From the IMG/VR virus record IMGVR_UViG_3300021091_000016: a DNA stretch of 64,000 bases, one strand, 5' to 3'. The stretch is from a virus. Made by a program: the position numbers and the translations under genes. Shown here in pieces: positions 27,065 to 36,380 of the stretch (positions are counted from its first letter, which is position 1; each line of letters opens with the position of its first letter). Under the pieces are notes generated by a model. That model was not told where the DNA came from. It saw only the letters and a list, made by a program, of their open reading frames with translations, and ran no database searches.

Positions 27065-27871
27065 TTGGAATTTGAAAGCTTTAGCCTTGACGAAGCGTAT
27101 GATGAGAACCATATAAACTCGTATAAAAAAATAGTATCATTATTAAACAAAATAGATGATAAAATTATGAATTATAAATTTATATTATCTGGCGGATTTT
27201 TAATTTTTCATATGCTTGAAACACATAACGAAAATCGTAAATACAACGATATAGATTTATTTTTCGAATCAAAAGAAGACTTCAATAAATTAAATTCATA
27301 TTTATTAGAGTCTTTCGCTAACAAACAAATTGTATACACAGAATACAAAACAAACAATGCAAACACTTATTCCTTTCAAATTGATTCCAAGGATGTCAAG
27401 CTTCAATTAATTCAAAGTATTTTTGAATCAAAGGAAAAAACCATAGCTTCCTTTGATTTACAAAATTGTCAAATTGCTTTAGATAATAAAGGCGAACTAT
27501 GTATGAATAAAGATTTTGAGAATCTTTATTGGCGAAAAGAATTAAGAGTAAACAAGCTTGTAATCAAATATTTAGAGGAACGCGGCCCTGGTTATCTATT
27601 TACCTTACTGAATAGATTTAAAAAATATCAATGGAGATATAATTTAATAAATTTAAATGAATCTACCATTAAGATAATAGAACAAATAGAACAAGATTAT
27701 TCTCAAGAGATAACAAAAGATAAAACTATAACATGTGTGATTACAACATCCGGAGAATCAGAAGAAGAGATTACAAAAAATCTTTTTGAAGAATGGACTA
27801 GCTTCTTTATTGCATTCTTTAAAGAATATGTAAAAGAAAGCAACTGGATTATAACTAAAACTCAGCTTTAA
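27065..27871 (+). CDS. Pol-beta superfamily nucleotidyltransferase
   Basis: LSGGF...DIDLFF, QLI, FDL..CQIA; TTG start with AAGGAG. Confidence 0.75.
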   Translation: MEFESFSLDEAYDENHINSYKKIVSLLNKIDDKIMNYKFILSGGFLIFHMLETHNENRKYNDIDLFFESKEDFNKLNSYLLESFANKQIVYTEYKTNNANTYSFQIDSKDVKLQLIQSIFESKEKTIASFDLQNCQIALDNKGELCMNKDFENLYWRKELRVNKLVIKYLEERGPGYLFTLLNRFKKYQWRYNLINLNESTIKIIEQIEQDYSQEITKDKTITCVITTSGESEEEITKNLFEEWTSFFIAFFKEYVKESNWIITKTQL

Positions 27872-27889
27872 ATTGTAAAGGAAATCATT

Positions 27890-30800
27890 ATGATTATCTC
27901 CATTCCAAACAAAACTACCTGTATGCCAAAGGAAAAATATGAGCTATTAACAAGCCTTAATAGCTATGGTTCACTTAGCAACGAATTCTTAAATGAATTA
28001 GAGCAACAAAAGGTTTACAAAATCGATAATGTAAACTCTGTTATCAGTTCAATTGACAGAAGATATGCTCTATCAAAAAACTTATTTAACAATTTGACTT
28101 ATAAATCAAGACTTAGAAATCAATTGTTTTATCAACAGAATAATGCCTATTTAAATAAATTCTTGACTGTTTTTATAGTTGAAAATTGGCATGACAAAAA
28201 CCAAACATACTTAATTGAAAATATAGTTGCTAACTCTTGTACCCCATTTAAAAATCCTTTCATTCGTAACTTTAATGAATCTAACTTAATGAGATTGCCT
28301 AATCATCTATCAGATCAATATGCTAATTGTAATGGCTTAGAAATTAAAGACATCTATAATATGTGGCGTGCCTCTGATTCCCCAGATGAATTCAATGAAG
28401 TGCTTAAGCAATTAGCAAATGAAAATAAAATTAATCCATTTTATATTTATGCTAATGCAAGTGAGGAAACGATTCGTCAATTAATTGACGAATCAAATTC
28501 AGTTACAAAATCTAATATGAGATCAGATACAATCAGCACTTCAGATGTAAAGAGTATCATAAATAGTGGGGTGCTTGGTTTAAAATATCTCTCTAATTTT
28601 ATTTATGCATATTTATTATGTATCACTAAAGATTCGTTATTACTAGATGTAGAAAATGAATTGCTGACTACTAATAATGGAGAGTATAATTTTATAAATT
28701 TACTTTTTGATTTTTCTGGAATGAATCAAAATACAATTATGGGTGACCAATTCTCTATTACTTCTATGAACTTTGACGGATTTAAATATAGTCCAATTTC
28801 AAGCACAGAAGAAAAACAGTACAAGCTTATTAAAAAATATCATCAATATAAAGTCAGCAATGCAAAGCAAATTGCAACTCAGAATGAACTTCCAGTATTT
28901 TCATGCTTTCCAAAAGAGTGGCTAGATTCTATTGGAATTAATTATTTTGAAAATAATATCAAGGTAGAACCCTCTCTACCTATAGGCTTTGTATACACTA
29001 AGCTCGACAATTATATGTTTAATGTTACAGAGACATCTACCTTAGGTGATTTTTCATTTGTAGGAGATTATACCTTATCTAAGGTTAAAGCTAAAAATGA
29101 AATCGTTAATCTTGTAAACGATAGTCAAAAATCCGTAATTGAAATAGTTGAAAGTGCTTTCAACTTCGAAGTTGAAAAGATTAATTTAAAGGAAGCATTT
29201 TTACAAACACTCACATTTACTAATAATAAGATTAAAGCATTAGTGCTTAACAATTTTACTTCTGGTTCTCAACCATTCAATATGGAAGTAAAACAACTAA
29301 CAAAAAATCAATTGATTCAATCAAACAATGCATTCGTACCAATTGCATTCAAAACAACAAAGATAAATCAATTCACAGGCGAAAAAGAAGAAATTTATTT
29401 TGTAAGCTTAGTTAACTTCCAGCCATTAAGTAGCTTTAGAAAATATACAAAATCTCAAAGATATCTCCAATATCTGAATAATTTGATTGAGTATGATTCT
29501 ATTCAAGACCCATCTATTTATGACCAAATTCTTGTTAAAAGATTTGGAAATACAATTAAATACAATTTAGCAAATCAAGAAGTATACGAAAGCTTTGGAG
29601 AGGATTTCGTTATGAAAATAACTGAGCAAGACGTAAAAGAAATGCAGGTTATTGATAATGAAAAACTAGCTTTTTTAAATGGTAGTTTGAATATAGATGA
29701 AAAGTTAATTACTAAATTCAAAGCCTTAAAAGATAAACAAGATATAATCTTAGCTAAATACACTGAAGAAGATAAAAGACTTACTGATTTAATTGATTCA
29801 AGCATTTTAAATGACAGATATATTGAAGATGATAAAATTCAATTACAATCAATTACAGCTAGATTGAATGAAAGACTTCAACTAAAGGAAACATTTCCTA
29901 CAAAAATTCAATTACAAGAAAAAGTATCCAGTGACCAAAGAGCTTTATTCGAATCAATCTCTAAAGAAGTACAAAAGCTAAATGAAATTCAAATAGAAGC
30001 TAAAAGAGATGCAATTGAAAATAAAAATTATATTCCCGATAGTTTTTTTACTGGGTTAAAAACAAGAGGTATTTACATTCAAGAAATTGAGTATCTGGAT
30101 CAAAATCAAAATACTTTTAAATTTAACGCTAAGAACTTTAATAAGTTGAGTCTTGATAACATTCAAGATTTCACTCTAAGCTCTTTAAGTTTTATCGTTA
30201 ACAAACCATTTAAGATTAAAGTAGATGGAGATGCTGCAAATATCATTTACGCAGGACCAATGAAGGTTCAAATAACAAATTCAAGTATCTCTGTTGGTGC
30301 TTTAAATTCATCTACTATCTTAGGCTTTCTTGATAATAGAAACGCAATGGTACATCCACATTCATCTCCTATGAATTTGAGTAGCAATTTTGTAGCAACC
30401 GAATTCTTTTCATATAGAAGGGGATGCTTAGGCGAATCATCACCATATATTTACAATGCATTTAGCTCTACGTCTCCTTTAAAGAATGTTTTAGTAAATG
30501 CATTCATTTGGTTATCTAGTGCAAATAGTTCAGATCATTGGGGCAGAAATTACAAATTCTTCCCAAGATATGGCAGTACATCACTAGTTAACCTAGAAGA
30601 GGAAGCAATTAACTTAATTACCATCAATGAATATATTGAATCAGAGGAACCATTATTAAAACCTAAAAAACAATGTGAACATGAATATGAAAATTCTATA
30701 TGTATTCATTGTGGATTAGAATGTGTTGACCATAATTACGATTACGATGGTATTTGTACTATATGTGGGCATTACAATTCACGTTATGATGATTCAGATG

Positions 30801-30901
30801 AAGAAGATGAAATCTATGACGAAGAGATAACACCAGAACAAGTAAATACAGCTCCAAATGTATATACACCCTACTCTCCATTAACAAACAATAATAACTA
30901 A
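27890..30901 (+). CDS. large protein with C-terminal prokaryotic E2-like domain and Cys/His tail
   Basis: HPH...RGCLG...N..D.WG near C-terminus; coiled coil; CEH..CIHCG..C..H..CTICGH tail; adjacent to JAB and E1. Confidence 0.65.
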   Translation: MIISIPNKTTCMPKEKYELLTSLNSYGSLSNEFLNELEQQKVYKIDNVNSVISSIDRRYALSKNLFNNLTYKSRLRNQLFYQQNNAYLNKFLTVFIVENWHDKNQTYLIENIVANSCTPFKNPFIRNFNESNLMRLPNHLSDQYANCNGLEIKDIYNMWRASDSPDEFNEVLKQLANENKINPFYIYANASEETIRQLIDESNSVTKSNMRSDTISTSDVKSIINSGVLGLKYLSNFIYAYLLCITKDSLLLDVENELLTTNNGEYNFINLLFDFSGMNQNTIMGDQFSITSMNFDGFKYSPISSTEEKQYKLIKKYHQYKVSNAKQIATQNELPVFSCFPKEWLDSIGINYFENNIKVEPSLPIGFVYTKLDNYMFNVTETSTLGDFSFVGDYTLSKVKAKNEIVNLVNDSQKSVIEIVESAFNFEVEKINLKEAFLQTLTFTNNKIKALVLNNFTSGSQPFNMEVKQLTKNQLIQSNNAFVPIAFKTTKINQFTGEKEEIYFVSLVNFQPLSSFRKYTKSQRYLQYLNNLIEYDSIQDPSIYDQILVKRFGNTIKYNLANQEVYESFGEDFVMKITEQDVKEMQVIDNEKLAFLNGSLNIDEKLITKFKALKDKQDIILAKYTEEDKRLTDLIDSSILNDRYIEDDKIQLQSITARLNERLQLKETFPTKIQLQEKVSSDQRALFESISKEVQKLNEIQIEAKRDAIENKNYIPDSFFTGLKTRGIYIQEIEYLDQNQNTFKFNAKNFNKLSLDNIQDFTLSSLSFIVNKPFKIKVDGDAANIIYAGPMKVQITNSSISVGALNSSTILGFLDNRNAMVHPHSSPMNLSSNFVATEFFSYRRGCLGESSPYIYNAFSSTSPLKNVLVNAFIWLSSANSSDHWGRNYKFFPRYGSTSLVNLEEEAINLITINEYIESEEPLLKPKKQCEHEYENSICIHCGLECVDHNYDYDGICTICGHYNSRYDDSDEEDEIYDEEITPEQVNTAPNVYTPYSPLTNNNN

Positions 30902-30912
30902 GGATTAAAGAT

Positions 30913-32037
30913 ATGAAATCTGTAAATTCATTTAAAATCTTAACACAATCATCTGTAGAACCTTTTATCTCTATGGATTATGATTTAATGCAACAAATTC
31001 AACATATTGTTGAAATCGCACCAAAAGAAGCTCAATGGTTTCATCTAATGGAACAAATTGATTCAGCAGAATTTAGAATCTCAGAGATGTTTATTCCAGA
31101 ACAAATCTGTAGTTCCGTAGAAGTAGATACTGATAGTCAAATGATGGTACGCTTTTGGAATGAACTAAAAGAAAAATATGGCGTAGTAGAAGCCTCTAAT
31201 AAGTTAACTGTAATGACTGTTTGGTGTCACAGTCATCACAATATGGCGCCTAGTCCTAGCGCTCAAGATAATACTCAATTCTATCAATTAGTTAAACAAC
31301 AGAAGGATGCTGGGACTAATAAACCAGTACTTATGTTTATCTTTAATAAACGTAATGAATATTATTCTAGATTATGGGATCCAAAAACTAATTTAGTATA
31401 TGAAGGCTTAGATATCGTTTATACTCATTACGATATGTCTTGGATTGACGCAGAAGCTAAAAAGAAATTTAAAGAACCACCAATCGTACCTAAGAGTTTT
31501 TTAGGTACAACTCCAGCAAATACAAAAGCAACATCTTATTATTGGACGAATCCATTAAAAGATGTACCAGCATATAGCTATACTGGAAAAGCAAATGGCA
31601 ATCATTTAACTGCAAGCACATCATCAAAAATGGCTATTTCAGATTGTTTTGGAGTGACTTACAATGAATTCAATGTAATCACCCAACCAATGGCAGATGA
31701 ATTTGCAAGCTATGTTTCAGATGAATTAGAATCTCAAGAAAAATATATTTTGGCTTCGTTATTAAGAAAAGATAAAAACTTTTACAATAAAGCTTTAGAA
31801 GCAAAGAATAAGAAAATCGCTCCTAAACCATTCAAAGAAACAATTATCAAAGCTATTACCTCTAATAAAATGACAATTGGATTACTAGAATGCATTTTGA
31901 CAAATGTATTTGAAATGTATGACCAATTATTAATAGAGGATAAAGAAAGCTTTGATGTCTGGACAACAGATGTTATCGATATGATGGAAGAAACACTAAC
32001 AGAACCAAAACCTCAATATACCTTGTTCTCTAAATAA
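30913..32037 (+). CDS. JAB/MPN metallopeptidase (Ubl-processing)
   Basis: E..W, PEQ, WCHSHHNMAPSPSAQD (HxH-x7-S-x2-D). Confidence 0.88.
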   Translation: MKSVNSFKILTQSSVEPFISMDYDLMQQIQHIVEIAPKEAQWFHLMEQIDSAEFRISEMFIPEQICSSVEVDTDSQMMVRFWNELKEKYGVVEASNKLTVMTVWCHSHHNMAPSPSAQDNTQFYQLVKQQKDAGTNKPVLMFIFNKRNEYYSRLWDPKTNLVYEGLDIVYTHYDMSWIDAEAKKKFKEPPIVPKSFLGTTPANTKATSYYWTNPLKDVPAYSYTGKANGNHLTASTSSKMAISDCFGVTYNEFNVITQPMADEFASYVSDELESQEKYILASLLRKDKNFYNKALEAKNKKIAPKPFKETIIKAITSNKMTIGLLECILTNVFEMYDQLLIEDKESFDVWTTDVIDMMEETLTEPKPQYTLFSK

Positions 32038-32046
32038 AGGATAAAA

Positions 32047-32736
32047 ATGTCTGTATCATTTCTTAGACACAGTGCATTCTTTGGGCCAGAGGATGCAAAT
32101 CAATATGTATTAAATATCATTGGAGTAGGTGCAACAGGCTCTTGGATTGCTATGCTAGCTGCCAGAATGGGTTGGCACAAGTTTAGAGTATGGGATTTAG
32201 ATATTGTAGAATCTCACAATTTACCTAATCAAGCATATACCCATGATGATATTGGTAAGAAAAAAGTAATCGCGCTTAAGGAACAACTACTTAGATTCAA
32301 TCCAGAAATTGAAATTGAAACACATGATTATTTCTTTGAATCAGAAAAGCATAAAGAATTACTAGACGGGCCAGTTATCATTACTGTTGATTCACTATCT
32401 GCAAGAAAGGATATTGCAGAAGCAATTAAAGGTAATTGGAATGTCATGCATGCATTTGAAACTCGTATGGGATTTACTCATGCAGAAATCAATTACCTAG
32501 ATTGTTTAAACATCCAATCAGTAGAAAACTTTCAAAACTTACTTAAAAGCGATTCTGAAGTAACTGAAGCTGCATGTAATGAAAGAATTATCACAACTCT
32601 CACTTGCCAAGTTGCAGCAACTGTGGTACATTATTTATGTGCTTTAGTTACCAAAGATAGAAACAAGAACGAAGTACAAATTAGAAACAAAACTATTTTT
32701 ACAAATACACCCACACTTTCCGTGTTTGGTATGTAG
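32047..32736 (+). CDS. ThiF/E1-like Ubl-activating enzyme
   Basis: IIGVGATGS, DLDIVESHNLPNQ, GKKKV, VDS..AR, candidate catalytic Cys in AAC. Confidence 0.92.
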   Translation: MSVSFLRHSAFFGPEDANQYVLNIIGVGATGSWIAMLAARMGWHKFRVWDLDIVESHNLPNQAYTHDDIGKKKVIALKEQLLRFNPEIEIETHDYFFESEKHKELLDGPVIITVDSLSARKDIAEAIKGNWNVMHAFETRMGFTHAEINYLDCLNIQSVENFQNLLKSDSEVTEAACNERIITTLTCQVAATVVHYLCALVTKDRNKNEVQIRNKTIFTNTPTLSVFGM

Positions 32737-32745
32737 GAGAAACAA

Positions 32746-32973
32746 ATGCAAGAACAAGAGTTCAAATTACAAGATGAATTAACTCAATTGAGTCAAACAT
32801 TAGCAGCCTTGCAAATTGATGCTCAGAAGTTTGATGATGGTAATGGTGCGGCTGGTAGACGTGCTAGGTCTTACTTAGCAAGTTTAAGAACAAGTATGCA
32901 GTCATTGCGTTTCAAGATTCAAGAAGTAAAAAATCAAAGAATTGCACAAAAGAAAACCCAAGTTACTGAATAA
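32746..32973 (+). CDS. histone H1-like (Hc1-type) protein
   Basis: DAQKFDDGNGAAGRRAR...LR..IQ..KN. Confidence 0.75.
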   Translation: MQEQEFKLQDELTQLSQTLAALQIDAQKFDDGNGAAGRRARSYLASLRTSMQSLRFKIQEVKNQRIAQKKTQVTE

Positions 32974-32982
32974 GGAAATAAA

Positions 32983-33198
32983 ATGAGAAACATTACATTA
33001 GTAATCGTGCCAGGCACAGGCGCAAAACAAATCCAGGTAGAAGACACAATGACCGTAGCAGAGCTTGTTGCTCGTGAATCTCTATTTGGTAGAGACATCA
33101 TTGTAAATGGTGTTGGAGTACAAGCCACACAATTTAATACTCAAACCTTAGCAGGTGCAATTGAAGTATTTGCTACAGGGAGTGTTAAGGGCAATTAA
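32983..33198 (+). CDS. ubiquitin-like (beta-grasp) protein
   Basis: 71 aa, MTVAELV, IIVNG, C-terminal SVKG-N. Confidence 0.85.
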   Translation: MRNITLVIVPGTGAKQIQVEDTMTVAELVARESLFGRDIIVNGVGVQATQFNTQTLAGAIEVFATGSVKGN

Positions 33199-33348
33199 AT
33201 GGATTGGTGGAATAAAAATTCTGACGATCCAATTATTAATCTAATAGTAGGTGTTGGATTTATTATCTATGCAATCATTGTAAGCCTATATAATCCGCTA
33301 TATCTTATTATTTATTGCTTATTAACTATAATTTACTATTTGATTTAA
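33199..33348 (+). CDS. small membrane protein (49 aa, not in track)
   Basis: MDWWNKNSDDPIINLIVGVGFIIY...; immediately follows Ubl stop. Confidence 0.5.
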   Translation: MDWWNKNSDDPIINLIVGVGFIIYAIIVSLYNPLYLIIYCLLTIIYYLI

Positions 33349-33401
33349 AAGATAAAAAATAAAAAGATTTAATCGATTACCTAATACAAAAGGATAATCT
33401 T

Positions 33402-33815
33402 ATGTCTACAACAGTAATTGTTATCAAAGGCAACTCTTCTCAAAGCTTATTAAATAGAATTGCACAAGCTTTAACAGATGAAGATAGAAATGCTCAAACT
33501 ACAGAAATCAAACAAAATCTAGTAAGAGCTTTTTCAGATGCAACTCAATTAAAAACAGAAGAAAATAAAAAAGAACGCAAAAAGCATGAAATGACTTATA
33601 GATTTGATTCAAATCAAGAAAAGCTAGTAAGGGCGTTTATCAATAAGAACCCAAGCTTTACTTTTAATCAAGTCTGTAACTTTTTAAGGAATGCAGGATA
33701 TGAAAAGGTATATTTCAGAGATTTAAAAATTTGTTTAACAAAGTTTAATGCTACCTGTAGTATCGATTCAATAACCAGAAAGCATACCTGGATTGTAAAA
33801 AATGTCAGAAAATAG
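33402..33815 (+). CDS. hypothetical protein
   Basis: 137-aa ORF, AAGGA RBS. Confidence 0.65.
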   Translation: MSTTVIVIKGNSSQSLLNRIAQALTDEDRNAQTTEIKQNLVRAFSDATQLKTEENKKERKKHEMTYRFDSNQEKLVRAFINKNPSFTFNQVCNFLRNAGYEKVYFRDLKICLTKFNATCSIDSITRKHTWIVKNVRK

Positions 33816-33826
33816 TTAAATATTTC

Positions 33827-33888
33827 TGTCATTTTTGACACTTTTTTTCATGTCATTTTTGACATTAATTTTTAACCAAAAAATAACA
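33827..33888. repeat. 62-bp element of TGTCA-N4-TGACA boxes, inverted copy of 16351-16412
   Basis: TGTCATTTTTGACA at 33827 and 33851; upstream of poly-Ubl gene. Confidence 0.8.
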
Positions 33889-33956
33889 CTTTTAAAGATA
33901 ATAAGAACAAAAATCTAAAGAATTGTAAGAGTCTAACAAATTTTAGGAGAATTTAT

Positions 33957-35108
33957 ATGACTACACGTAATCTTACCCTCGTTGTTGTCCCTGGTACTGG
34001 CGCACGTTCTATCTCTGTAGATACTACTATGACCGTTGCTGATCTAGTTTGTCGTGAGAATTTACACGGTAGAGATATCATTATTAACGGTGTTGGTGTC
34101 AATCCACAATCCTGGAATACCACAACACTTCAAGATGCAGTAGAAGTATTTGCAACTGGTAGTGTTAAAGGTAATGTTGATAGAACTGTAACTTTAGTAG
34201 TAGTTCCAGGTACAGGTGCTAGACAAACAACAATTCCTTCTCAAATGACCGTAGCAGATTTTGTTTGTAGAGAGAATCTCCATGGCCGTGATATTATTAT
34301 TAACGGTGTAGGTTGCGCACCAACACAATGGAATACTACAACTTTAGATGAAGCTGTTGAGATTTTCGCAACAGGCTCTGTGAAAGGTAATGTTCCACAA
34401 ACTGGAGTACTTGTTGTAGTTCCTGGAACTGGAGCAAGACAAGTAAGCTTTGATTCAGAATCTACAATTGCTGATTTCGTATGTGCTAATAATCTACATG
34501 GTAGAGATATCATTTTAGATGGCGTTGGCGTTAGTCCTACACAATGGAATAGTACTCAATTAGGTCAAGCAAGAGAAATCTTTGCAACCGGCAGTGTGAA
34601 GGGTAATGCTACTCGTACTGCAACATTAGTTGTTGTGCCAGGTACTGGTGCAAGACAGGTACAAATTGATACAGAAATGACTGTAGCTGATTTTGTATGT
34701 CGTGAGAACTTACATGGACGTGACATTATTCTTAATGGCGTAGGTGTAGCTCCACAGCAATGGAATCAGACAACACTAAATGACACTGTAGAAATCTTTG
34801 CTACAGGTTCTGTTAAAGGTAATGGCGCTGAAGGGTTTATTGAAGTGACTTATGGAAATGATGCAAAAACTTGCTTTAAGAGCTTAGTAGATACAGCTAT
34901 TTACAAGCATGGTCATAATCCTTATAGCGGTACTATTGCTACTGTATCAAGCTTTAAACTTGAAGAAACAGAGTTTCAAAATGAAGAAGCTGCATTGGCT
35001 TATGCAGATGATAAAATCGAGGACTTAGAGAAAAGAGAATGCAGAGCAGTAAGCTTTGTAGAAAATAACAAAAGAGGCTTTGTCTTTTATGGTTGGGCTG
35101 CCTGTTAA
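33957..35108 (+). CDS. poly-ubiquitin-like precursor: 4 tandem 72-aa Ubl units + C-terminal fusion domain
   Basis: Four repeats each ending FATGSVKG-N; tail domain with GHNPYSGTIA...FYGWA. Confidence 0.88.
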   Translation: MTTRNLTLVVVPGTGARSISVDTTMTVADLVCRENLHGRDIIINGVGVNPQSWNTTTLQDAVEVFATGSVKGNVDRTVTLVVVPGTGARQTTIPSQMTVADFVCRENLHGRDIIINGVGCAPTQWNTTTLDEAVEIFATGSVKGNVPQTGVLVVVPGTGARQVSFDSESTIADFVCANNLHGRDIILDGVGVSPTQWNSTQLGQAREIFATGSVKGNATRTATLVVVPGTGARQVQIDTEMTVADFVCRENLHGRDIILNGVGVAPQQWNQTTLNDTVEIFATGSVKGNGAEGFIEVTYGNDAKTCFKSLVDTAIYKHGHNPYSGTIATVSSFKLEETEFQNEEAALAYADDKIEDLEKRECRAVSFVENNKRGFVFYGWAAC

Positions 35109-35488
35109 TGCTTATTCAAATCGTTGGACTGCCAGGTGTAGGTAAAACAACGCTTATAAATAAATTTAAAAATCAATCAACTGTAGATTTCAAAACACTA
35201 GACATTAGAAGCTTTCATGCTCCAAATAGAGAAGAAAAACTAATCAATAGCATCTGTAATAAACAAACAAAATATATTATTGAATCAGCTTGCGGCATTG
35301 ATATTGAACCTTCTATAGTTATATTAATTAAACAGAAAAAGTTTAATCATAAAAAACAATTGCAAAGTAGAGGTGAAGTTTACAACGAGTATGATCTACA
35401 AGCAATTGATGATCAAATTATTCCAGCAAACTACACGGTATACAATTCAAAAGTATTTTGTGAATTACTTAACTATTTACTAAGATAA
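35108..35488 (+). CDS. P-loop kinase-like protein
   Basis: IVGLPGVGKTT; ATG overlaps previous stop. Confidence 0.7.
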   Translation: MLIQIVGLPGVGKTTLINKFKNQSTVDFKTLDIRSFHAPNREEKLINSICNKQTKYIIESACGIDIEPSIVILIKQKKFNHKKQLQSRGEVYNEYDLQAIDDQIIPANYTVYNSKVFCELLNYLLR

Positions 35489-35498
35489 CGGAGTATTT

Positions 35499-36380
35499 AT
35501 GCTGGATTCTAAAGAGTACAAGCTAGACGATTATTCAATTGATGAGCTCTATTTCAAAAAACAAGTTCCCATTGAAGAGCTATTTGAATCAAATGTGCCT
35601 AATGGTGAATATGTTATTTTTCAATCCGAGGAGGATGAAAAGAAAACTGCCGTCATGTATTCATGTAAAGGTCAATTGAAGCTTATAAATAATAAAAAGA
35701 TAAGCGCTAGTGGTTTCTATCCTAAAGATATTAACCAAAGTGTTTATATGAATTTATTAAAGGATGAAGATTTCATAATCGTTTGTGCTTTAGGTCCAGC
35801 AGGTACAGGAAAGACCACAATAGCTATTGCTCAAGCTGTTGAAGATATGTCTAAATTAAAAAGAAACATAATACTAACAAAATCTACTAACATGGTACAG
35901 GGCAAGGATAGTAATGCGTTTGGTCCAGTTCCTGGAGATGTAAAAGAAAAGTATGCACCATATATAGATTCCTTTCAAATAGCTCTAACTAAAATTTTAG
36001 GTGGAGATGAAAGTAAATCCTATTTACAATTACTACTAGATAAAGAAAAGATAAAATTCTTACCAATTGAATTTACTAGAGGATGTACCTTTGAAAATTG
36101 TACAATCATTCTAGATGAGGCACAAAATTTAACCTGGCATGAATTAAAAACCTTGATGAGTCGAGTAGGTGAAAATAGTAAATTAATTATATGCGGCGAC
36201 CCACATCAGATTGATGCTAATTTACATTGGAGAGATACTGGTTTATGCACACTGTTAAATTCAGATGCATTCAAAAATTCTTATATATCAGGTAGCATTC
36301 ATTTGACAAAATGCTACAGAGGTCCTATACCAGAGTTAGTTTATCAGGTCGATAAACAGTTGACAGAAAGAATAATTTGA
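35499..36380 (+). CDS. phoH: PhoH-family ATPase
   Basis: GPAGTGKT, PGDVKEK, RGCTF, ILDEAQN, GDPHQID. Confidence 0.9.
   Translation: MLDSKEYKLDDYSIDELYFKKQVPIEELFESNVPNGEYVIFQSEEDEKKTAVMYSCKGQLKLINNKKISASGFYPKDINQSVYMNLLKDEDFIIVCALGPAGTGKTTIAIAQAVEDMSKLKRNIILTKSTNMVQGKDSNAFGPVPGDVKEKYAPYIDSFQIALTKILGGDESKSYLQLLLDKEKIKFLPIEFTRGCTFENCTIILDEAQNLTWHELKTLMSRVGENSKLIICGDPHQIDANLHWRDTGLCTLLNSDAFKNSYISGSIHLTKCYRGPIPELVYQVDKQLTERII

Noticed and set aside
32047-33198. ThiF/ThiS or MoeB/MoaD sulfur-carrier pair
   Set aside because: No thiamine, molybdopterin or cysteine-synthase partners; adjacent E2-like and poly-Ubl genes and a single-Gly KG end favour protein conjugation
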